In this document: positions 1 through 6,387 of the stretch, piece after piece
Layout: the number at the start of each line of letters is the position of its first letter
Position numbering within the stretch: position 1 is the first letter of the stretch
Assembly: GCA_964441645.1 (NCBI GenBank)
Contig: CAYTXK010000001.1
Coordinates: 1-39,641 of the forward strand
Source of the DNA: an uncultured Acidobacteriota bacterium
GTDB taxonomy: Bacteria > Acidobacteriota > Terriglobia > Acidiferrales > 2-02-FULL-67-57
DNA: 39,641 nucleotides
Direction: 5' to 3'
The notes under the pieces: generated by a model
Seen by the model: only the letters and a program-made list of their open reading frames with translations
The model's database searches: none
Told to the model about the DNA's origin: nothing
Translations under genes and position numbers: made by a program

Positions 1-1680
1 GAGCTGCTCCAGGCGCGCGGGCATCTGGCGGCCCAGCGCCCCATCGAGCACTCCTATCCCCATTGCTGGCGGTGCCACAACCCGCTCATCTTTCGCGCCA
101 CCGAGCAATGGTTCATTTCGCTCGAGCACAAGGAACTGCGGAAGCAGGCGCTGGAGGCGGTTAAGCAGGTCAAGTGGTTTCCGCGCTGGGGGGAAGAGCG
201 CATCAGCAAGATGCTGGAAACGCGCCCCGACTGGTGCATCTCCCGCCAGCGCGTCTGGGGCGTCCCTATCCCCGTCTTCTACTGCGACTCCTGCGGGGAG
301 AAATTTCTCGACGTCCCCCTGCTGCGCACGGCCATTCAGTGGTTCAAGCGCGAGGGGGCGGACGCCTGGTACCGCTACGGCCCGGCCGACCTGCTGCCGC
401 AGGGCACGCGCTGCCAGAACTGCGGCCAAACGCGCTTCCGCCAGGAAACCGACATTCTCGACGTCTGGTTCGATGCCGGAACCAGCCATCTGGCGGTGCT
501 GGGCCATTCGCCCGAGCTGCCTTGGCCGGCCGACACCTACCTGGAAGGCAATGACCAATACCGCGGCTGGTTCCACAGCTCGCTGCTGGTGGCGCTGGGG
601 GTGAAAGGCGCCGCTCCCTATCGCAACGTGGTGACCAGCGGCTGGATGCTGGACGCCGAGGGGCGACCGATGTCGAAGTCGCTGGGGAATTTCATCCCCG
701 TGCGCGACATTTGCGAGAAGTACGGCGCGGAAGTTTTCCGGCTGGTCACCGCCTCGGTGGACCGCGAGACCGACATCCGCTTCGGGACGCACTTGCTCGA
801 CCAGGCGGCGGAGGCCTACCGCAAAATCCGCAACACCTTCCGCTTCTGCCTGTCCAATCTCTATGACTTCGATCCGGCCCGCGACGCCCTGCCCGCGGAG
901 AAACTTCAGGAGCTCGACCGCTGGATGCTGGGGCGGACGGCCGCGCTGGTGCGTCAGATGCGCGAGTCTTATGACCTGTACGAGTACCACAAGGTTTACC
1001 ACGCCCTCTACAATTTCTGCGTGATCGACCTGAGCGCGGTGTACTTCGACATTCTCAAAGACCGACTCTACACCGCCGGGGCGCGCTCGCCCGAGCGGCG
1101 CTCGGCGCAGACGGCGCTCTATCGCATCGCCCACAGCCTGGCGCGCCTGGTGGCCCCGCTGCTCTGCTACACCGCGGACGAAGTCTGGGAGCACCTGCCC
1201 GGCGCCCGGCAGGAAGCGGAGAGCGTGCACCTGGCCGAATTCCCCCGGCCCGAGGAACTCGACACCGGGCTGCCCGCCGAAAAAGCGGCGGCCTGGGAAA
1301 CGCTGGCGGCGGTGCGCCGCGAAGTGCTGAAAGCCCTGGAGCAGGTGCGCCAGGCCAAGAAGATCCGCAGCTCGCTCGAAGCCGGGGTCTATTTGCGCTT
1401 GACCAACAACTTGGCGCCGGTGCTGGAAGCTTATCGCGATCAACTGCGAGCTCTCTTCATTGTTTCTTCGGTGGGACTGGGCAGCGAGCCCCGCCCCGGC
1501 AGCTACGCAGCCGAGCTTCCCGGGCTTGAAATCAGCGTGGAACCGGCCGCGGGGAAAAAGTGCGAGCGCTGCTGGAACTACTCCGTACAGGTCGGCTCCT
1601 TCCCGAGTTTTCCCACGGTGTGCGAGCGCTGCTCGGCGGTGCTGGAGACTCTGGGGGCGGAAGCGGGGTCACCCGCATGA
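1..1680 (+). CDS. ileS: isoleucine--tRNA ligase, C-terminal ~559 aa (5' end lies outside the window)
   Basis: Frame 1 is open from base 1 (ELLQARGHLAAQRPIEHSYPHCWRCHNPLIFRATEQWFISLEH...) and runs into listed ORF 211..1680. It has a class-I KMSKS-type loop (RPMSKSLGN), the WCISRQRVWGVPIP segment and a C-terminal Zn-finger (CERCWNY...CERC). Confidence 0.95.
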   Translation, partial: ELLQARGHLAAQRPIEHSYPHCWRCHNPLIFRATEQWFISLEHKELRKQALEAVKQVKWFPRWGEERISKMLETRPDWCISRQRVWGVPIPVFYCDSCGEKFLDVPLLRTAIQWFKREGADAWYRYGPADLLPQGTRCQNCGQTRFRQETDILDVWFDAGTSHLAVLGHSPELPWPADTYLEGNDQYRGWFHSSLLVALGVKGAAPYRNVVTSGWMLDAEGRPMSKSLGNFIPVRDICEKYGAEVFRLVTASVDRETDIRFGTHLLDQAAEAYRKIRNTFRFCLSNLYDFDPARDALPAEKLQELDRWMLGRTAALVRQMRESYDLYEYHKVYHALYNFCVIDLSAVYFDILKDRLYTAGARSPERRSAQTALYRIAHSLARLVAPLLCYTADEVWEHLPGARQEAESVHLAEFPRPEELDTGLPAEKAAAWETLAAVRREVLKALEQVRQAKKIRSSLEAGVYLRLTNNLAPVLEAYRDQLRALFIVSSVGLGSEPRPGSYAAELPGLEISVEPAAGKKCERCWNYSVQVGSFPSFPTVCERCSAVLETLGAEAGSPA

Positions 1681-2180
1681 GCGCCCGCGGCCGACGCCAC
1701 CGCGTTTTTTCTCTTCTGCTGGCCGCCGGCGTTTTCCTGCTCGACCAGGCGAGTAAGTGGGCCGTGACCGAAACGCTCAGCCTGGGCGAGAGCCGCCGCG
1801 TGCTGCCCGGGGTTTTCAACCTCACCTACGTGCGCAACCGCGGCGCCGCCTTCGGATTGTTCGCCGACGTGGAGTCCCGGGTGGTGCTGCTTCTCCTGAT
1901 CGGGTTTGCGGTGGTGGCCCTGGTCCTGGTGTCCGGCTTGCTGTGGCGAGGCGCGACCACCGCGCTCACGGGCTGGGGGCTGGCTCTCATCCTGGGGGGC
2001 GCGCTGGGAAATCTTCTCGACCGGCTCCGTCACGGGAATGTGGTGGATTTTCTCGATTTTCATCTGGGCTCCTACCACTGGCCGGCGTTCAACGGGGCCG
2101 ACAGCGCCATCGTGGTGGGGGCAGCCGTGCTGATGATGGAAGTTCTCCGCGGCCGCCGCCCCGGTTCTACCGAGATCTAG
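1677..2180 (+). CDS. lspA: lipoprotein signal peptidase (signal peptidase II)
   Basis: ATG 1677 overlaps the ileS TGA (ATGA). The product starts MSARGRRHRVFSLLLAAGVFLLDQASKW and carries the motifs NRGAAFG, VVDFLDF and FNGADSAI plus several hydrophobic helices. The longer listed start (1560) would overlap ileS by ~120 nt and is not favoured. Confidence 0.9.
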   Translation: MSARGRRHRVFSLLLAAGVFLLDQASKWAVTETLSLGESRRVLPGVFNLTYVRNRGAAFGLFADVESRVVLLLLIGFAVVALVLVSGLLWRGATTALTGWGLALILGGALGNLLDRLRHGNVVDFLDFHLGSYHWPAFNGADSAIVVGAAVLMMEVLRGRRPGSTEI

Positions 2181-2984
2181 ATGTTTCCACGACTCTTCAC
2201 ACTCGACGGCTTCACCCTGCACTCCTACGGGCTGCTGGTGGCCACGGGTTTGCTGGTGGGGATTTACACCGCCAGCCGCTTCGCCGAGCGCGTGGGCGGA
2301 GGCGTGGACCGGGAAACAGTCTGGAATCTGGGCGTCTATATGTCGCTGGCGGGCTTGCTCGGCTCCAAGGTGTTCATGATTCTCTCGGAGTGGGGTTACT
2401 ACTGGCAGCATCCGGGGGAGATTTTTTCCTGGTCGGTCTTGAATGCCGGCGGCGTGTGGCACGGCGGTCTGCTGTTTGCCATTGCCACCGGGTACTGGTA
2501 CGTTCGCCACTACCACCTTCCCTTCTCCGGGCTTGACGACGCCTACGCGCCAGGCATCGCGGTCGGGTACGGCGTGGGGCGGCTGGGGTGCTTCATGGCC
2601 GGCTGCTGCTGGGGAAAACCGACCACCCTCTGGGGCGTTACTTTCACCGACCCCTACAGCGCGCGTATCGTGGGCACTCCGCTCGGCGTCCCGCTTCACC
2701 CCACGCAACTGTACGAAGCTCTGGCGGAATTTCTGATTTTCGCCTGGCTGCTCCTGCTGTGGCGGCGCCGGGCTTTTCCCGGCCAGGTTTTCGCCCACTA
2801 CTTGATGCTCTATGGGGTGACGCGCTTCTTCATCGAGTTCCTGCGCAATGACCCGCGCGGCCCTTTCCTGTTCGGGGGCACGCTCTCCCAGGCTCAAGTG
2901 ATCAGCGTGGCGCTGTTTGTGGTCGCGGGTCTCTATTGGCTCGTGCGGCGCCGCCAGCATCTCGCCGCTGCCCATGCCCGCTAG
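2181..2984 (+). CDS. lgt: prolipoprotein diacylglyceryl transferase
   Basis: The ATG directly abuts the lspA stop (TAGATG). It is a polytopic membrane protein with the Lgt signature GRLGCFMAGCCWGKPT and PTQLYEAL. Confidence 0.93.
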   Translation: MFPRLFTLDGFTLHSYGLLVATGLLVGIYTASRFAERVGGGVDRETVWNLGVYMSLAGLLGSKVFMILSEWGYYWQHPGEIFSWSVLNAGGVWHGGLLFAIATGYWYVRHYHLPFSGLDDAYAPGIAVGYGVGRLGCFMAGCCWGKPTTLWGVTFTDPYSARIVGTPLGVPLHPTQLYEALAEFLIFAWLLLLWRRRAFPGQVFAHYLMLYGVTRFFIEFLRNDPRGPFLFGGTLSQAQVISVALFVVAGLYWLVRRRQHLAAAHAR

Positions 2985-3930
2985 GGTGCTCGACCTGCGG
3001 GTTCCCGCCGAGGCCCGCCAGCAACGCCTGGATCAGTTTCTCTCGGCGCAACTGCCGGAGCTCAGCCGCTCGCGCATCCAGGAACTGATCCGCGAGGGCC
3101 GGGCGCGGCTGGATGGCGGCGTCGTGCGCCGGCCGGGGCTGCGCCTGCGGGGCCGCGAAACTCTTTGCCTGGAAGTAATCGAACACGCTCCCGTAGTGGC
3201 GGCGCCGGAAGCGATTCCTCTTACGATAGTTTATGAAGACGACGACCTGGCGGTGGTGAACAAGCCCGCGGGGATGGTGGTGCACGCCGGCGCCGGGCAC
3301 AGCCGCGGCACACTGGTCAATGCGCTGTTGCATCGCTTGGGCTCGCTCTCGAGCGTGGGCGGGCCGCTGCGCCCGGGCATTGTTCATCGTCTCCACAAAG
3401 GCACCTCCGGCCTGCTGGTGGTGGCGAAGACCGACGCGGTTCACCGCGAGTTGGCCTAGCAATTTCGCCGGCGCGCGGTGGAAAAGCGCTACCTGGCGCT
3501 GGTGCATGGCCGCTTGCCGCGCGGGCGCGATTCGATTGAGCTGCCTGTGGCGCGCGACCCGCGCCGGCCCACACGGATGACGACGCGCCGACCGCAGGGG
3601 CGCGCCGCGACGACCGAGTATCGCGTGCTGGAAACGACCGGCGGCTTCACTCTGCTGGAAGCCCTTCTGCGCACGGGCCGCACGCATCAAATCCGTGTGC
3701 ATCTTTCGGCGCTCGGACATCCGGTGGTGGGGGACACTCTCTATGGCGCGCCGCGGCAACTGCGCCTGGGCAGCGCGTCTCGTCCCACGATCAATCGCAA
3801 TTTTCTCCACGCGGCGCGTTTGCAATTCCGGCATCCGCGCACCGGGCAACCGGTGGAATTTCGTGCCGCCTTGCCCGACGAATTGCTCGACTTGCTGCGC
3901 GAGCTCGGCCTGAAAGCGCCGCCGGGTTGA
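2974..3930 (+). pseudogene. rluD: RluD/RluA-family 23S rRNA pseudouridine synthase, interrupted by one in-frame TAG (3457..3459) and lacking the catalytic Asp
   Basis: Listed ORFs 2917..3459 and 3478..3930 are in the same frame and are separated only by TAG 3457..3459 (..AVHRELA*QFRRRAVEKRYLALVHG..). The product has an S4 domain (QRLDQFLSAQLPELSRSRIQELI), motif II written GIVHRLHKGTSGLLVVAKT (family consensus HRLD) and motif III RTGRTHQIRVHL. The likely start, ATG 2974 (MPARVLDL), overlaps the lgt end by 11 nt. Confidence 0.8.
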
Positions 3931-3974
3931 AAGCTGCCCACGGGAGTTTCTATAATGCTTGCGGGGAGGAAGAA

Positions 3975-5012
3975 GTGAGCAGGGCCGGTCTGATTCTGCG
4001 GAGTTTAGCGCTGGTAACGTGCACGCTCGCTCTAGCTGCGCAGAGCCCGCCCGCGCCCCCGCCGCCCTCCCAAAAGCCGCCTACGCAACCTCCCGAAGAA
4101 GCGCCGCCCATCCGGATTGAAGTGGAGCTGGTGAACGTGGTGTTCAACGTCACCGACGAGAAAAACCGGCTGGTCAGCGGGCTGGCGCCCGAAGACCTGA
4201 CCGTTTACGAAGACGGCGTGCCGCAGGAGATCCGCTACTTCACCAGCGAAACCAACATGCCGCTGCGCATCGGCTTGCTCATCGACACCAGCAACAGCGT
4301 GCGACCGCGCTTCGAGTTCGAGCAGGAGGCGGCGGTTGATTTTCTGCACACCGTTTTGCGGCCCAAGACCGACAAGGCTTTTGTCATCGGCTTCGACATC
4401 ACTCCGGTCGTGGTTCAAGACTACACCGACGATCCCCTGGACCTGGCGGACGCCATCCGCAGCCTGCGGGCCGGTGGCGTCACCGGCCTCTACGACGCCG
4501 TCTATTTGGCCTGCAAGATAAAGTTGTCCGAGGGGTCCGGCAACAACTTCCGCAAAATGATCATCCTGCTCAGCGACGGCAACGACACCTCCAGCACAGT
4601 GACGCGCGAGGAAACCTTAGAGATGTGCCGCCGCAACGATGTCACTCTCTTTACCGTTAGCACCAGCGCCCCGCCCATCAAATACACGCAGAAGGCGCAA
4701 CACCTCCAGAATCCCTGCGAAGTGATGGGCGAGGAAGGCGACAAAATCCTGCGCGGGCTGGCCGAATCCACGGGCGGGGCCGCTTACTGCCCCTTCGACA
4801 CCATTGACGTGGGCCGCTCCTTCGAAGAAATCGCCAACCAGTTGCGCACGCAGTACACACTGGCCTACCGGCCCAGCAATCGGATTCGCGACGGGACCTT
4901 CCGCTCCATCACCATCGAGACACGTCGCAAAGAACTGCGCGTGCACCACCGGCCGGGTTACTACGCTCGCCCGCTGCCGGGCGCGGCTGAAACGGGGTCA
5001 CACGGACACTAA
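3975..5012 (+). CDS. secreted von Willebrand factor A (VWA) domain protein, acidobacterial VWFA-related type
   Basis: GTG 3975 is preceded by GGAGGA. The signal peptide is VSRAGLILRSLALVTCTLALAAQ, followed by a Pro-rich linker. It has an N-terminal beta-rich module (IRIEVELVNVVFNVTDEKNRLVSGL), the MIDAS motif DTSNS and the segment LLSDGNDTSS. The listed TTG 3927 start is a less likely alternative. Confidence 0.85.
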   Translation: MSRAGLILRSLALVTCTLALAAQSPPAPPPPSQKPPTQPPEEAPPIRIEVELVNVVFNVTDEKNRLVSGLAPEDLTVYEDGVPQEIRYFTSETNMPLRIGLLIDTSNSVRPRFEFEQEAAVDFLHTVLRPKTDKAFVIGFDITPVVVQDYTDDPLDLADAIRSLRAGGVTGLYDAVYLACKIKLSEGSGNNFRKMIILLSDGNDTSSTVTREETLEMCRRNDVTLFTVSTSAPPIKYTQKAQHLQNPCEVMGEEGDKILRGLAESTGGAAYCPFDTIDVGRSFEEIANQLRTQYTLAYRPSNRIRDGTFRSITIETRRKELRVHHRPGYYARPLPGAAETGSHGH

Positions 5013-5020
5013 CGGCCAAG

Positions 5021-6010
5021 TTAGGAGCCGGGCGCGTAGTAGCCGCGGCGAGCCTGCACCCGCAAGCCGTTCCTCTTCACTTTGACCTGAAGGCGGCGAA
5101 AGCCACCATCGCGGGCGCGGTTGGTGGGTGTGTAGCCGAGACTGTACTGGCTGCGGAGCTCGGTGGTAATTTGGTCGAAGGCCTCCTGCAGTTTTTCCAC
5201 CCTGGAGGGAAAGTAGGCGCGGCCGCCCGTTTCTTGGGAAAGCTTCTTGAGCACGTCCCGGCCCCAGGCGATGTCGTAGGCCCCGGGGTCGCTGATGCCA
5301 ATGGCATAGATGATGGTGTCGCTGCGCTGGGCCACTTCGATGGCTTTTCCCTCTGCCTTGCTGCTGTTTTCTGCGATCTCACTGCCCGTATCCACGCCGT
5401 CGCTGATGAGTATGATGGCTTTGCGCCCCACTTCGCCCGCCAGCTTCTCCTGCGCTACCAGGTAGACAGCGTCGAAGAGGCGTGTCCCGCCCTTACTGGT
5501 CGGAAACGGCCCCATCGCCACGGGGGCATTGATGCGGGCCCGTGCCAGGGCGCGCTCGATGCGCTCCACTTCCTGGGTGAAGTCCTGCAGAAGGTCAACA
5601 TTAACGTCGAAGGTGGTCAGCAAAACCAGATCCACCGGGCGCAGCACCTGCCGGAGAAACTGCCCCACGGCCTCTTTCTCCACGGGCAGCACCGTGGTCT
5701 GGCTGCCGCTGGTATCAACCAGGAGGGCGAGCGTCAGAGGCCGGTCGGTCTCGCGGACAAAATAGCGCAGCTCCTGTTTTTGCCCGTCCTCATGAATCTC
5801 GAAATCGTCGGCGGTCAGGTCGGTGACCAGCCGGCCGTTCGACTCCTTGACCGTGCAGTAGATGTTTACTACATCCACTTCCACCCGCAGCGTATCGTCG
5901 GGCGGCGGAGGGGGCTGGGCCGCGACCAGCACAGCCCAGGCGAGGATCAGCAGAACACTCAAGGCCAGGCCGCGCCGCCAAGGCCCGCCGGCTGCGTTGT
6001 GGGGTCTCAT
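5021..6010 (-). CDS. secreted VWA domain protein, paralog of 3975..5012
   Basis: It has a signal peptide (RRGLALSVLLILAWAVLVAAQ) and the same architecture as its neighbour: LRVEVDVVNIYCTVKESNGRLVTDL, MIDAS DTSGS, ILISDGVDTGS and a C-terminal QYSLGYTP.. segment (neighbour: QYTLAYRP). Confidence 0.85.
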   Translation of the reverse strand: MRPHNAAGGPWRRGLALSVLLILAWAVLVAAQPPPPPDDTLRVEVDVVNIYCTVKESNGRLVTDLTADDFEIHEDGQKQELRYFVRETDRPLTLALLVDTSGSQTTVLPVEKEAVGQFLRQVLRPVDLVLLTTFDVNVDLLQDFTQEVERIERALARARINAPVAMGPFPTSKGGTRLFDAVYLVAQEKLAGEVGRKAIILISDGVDTGSEIAENSSKAEGKAIEVAQRSDTIIYAIGISDPGAYDIAWGRDVLKKLSQETGGRAYFPSRVEKLQEAFDQITTELRSQYSLGYTPTNRARDGGFRRLQVKVKRNGLRVQARRGYYAPGS

Positions 6011-6168
6011 CGCTAACAGTATAATCGCGCCGCTTGCGTCGCGCGAACTTCCTCTCCTTCCGACTACGATGCTGCGGACGGGGTCGAACGTGGCCCGAAA
6101 AGTTTAGAAAGCGTGGCGGGCGGTGTTTTCACTCCAAAAAACTTTCTCCTTCCAGCCGCGAATTTTTC

Positions 6169-6197
6169 TTGACATCAGTGCCGCGCGCCCGTATACA
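6169..6197 (+). promoter_or_regulatory. sigma70-like promoter candidate (TTGACA-17 nt-TATACA)
   Basis: TTGACA lies at 6169..6174, followed by a 17-nt spacer and TATACA at 6192..6197, in a region with no listed plus-strand gene. It sits upstream of the hairpin 6208..6256 and the micro-ORF at 6287. Confidence 0.4.
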
Positions 6198-6286
6198 TCA
6201 GCGTAGCGTTTGCCGCCGCTCGGTAGCGCGGATGATGTTCGAGCCCAGCGGCAAACAGCTTTGAGAAGAAAAAGGGGAAAGTAGAG

Positions 6287-6322
6287 ATGGCCAAGAAAAA
6301 GGCTAAGAAAAAGAAGAAGTAG
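6287..6322 (+). CDS. candidate 11-codon Lys-rich micro-ORF (MAKKKAKKKKK)
   Basis: The sequence is ATG GCC AAG AAA AAG GCT AAG AAA AAG AAG AAG TAG. It is preceded by a purine-rich SD-like AAAAAGGGGAAAG about 8 nt upstream. It lies downstream of the 6169 promoter and upstream of the 6356 hairpin terminator. It is too short for any statistical coding test. Confidence 0.3.
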   Translation: MAKKKAKKKKK

Positions 6323-6355
6323 CGCGGCCGAACTCAGGCCAATCAACGTTCGACG

Positions 6356-6387
6356 AAGGGGAGCCCTCCAGGCTCCCCTTTAGTTTT
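6356..6387. terminator. perfect 10-bp hairpin with flanking T-run; likely bidirectional intrinsic terminator
   Basis: AAGGGGAGCC (6356..6365), loop CTCCA, GGCTCCCCTT (6371..6380), then TAGTTTTCT on the plus strand. The hairpin overlaps the stop codon (6380..6382) of the minus-strand helicase gene. Confidence 0.55.

Noticed and set aside
1578-2975. 465-aa minus-strand ORF antisense to lspA and lgt. There are similar long antisense ORFs at 2902..3849, 12133..13260, 13267..14454, 16612..18456, 21558..23066, 25820..27421, 27652..28878, 28902..30413, 35557..36996, 37331..37966 and 38039..39637.
   Set aside because: Each lies opposite a gene with unmistakable family motifs. Their products are Arg/Pro/Gly/Ala-rich low-complexity sequences with no recognisable domains. 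This is typical of stop-poor shadow frames in high-GC DNA.
3457-3459. The in-frame TAG in rluD as pyrrolysine or programmed amber read-through.
   Set aside because: No pyl genes or PYLIS-like context are visible, the host lineage is not known for Pyl, and the same gene has also lost its catalytic Asp. Pseudogenisation or sequence error is the simpler explanation.
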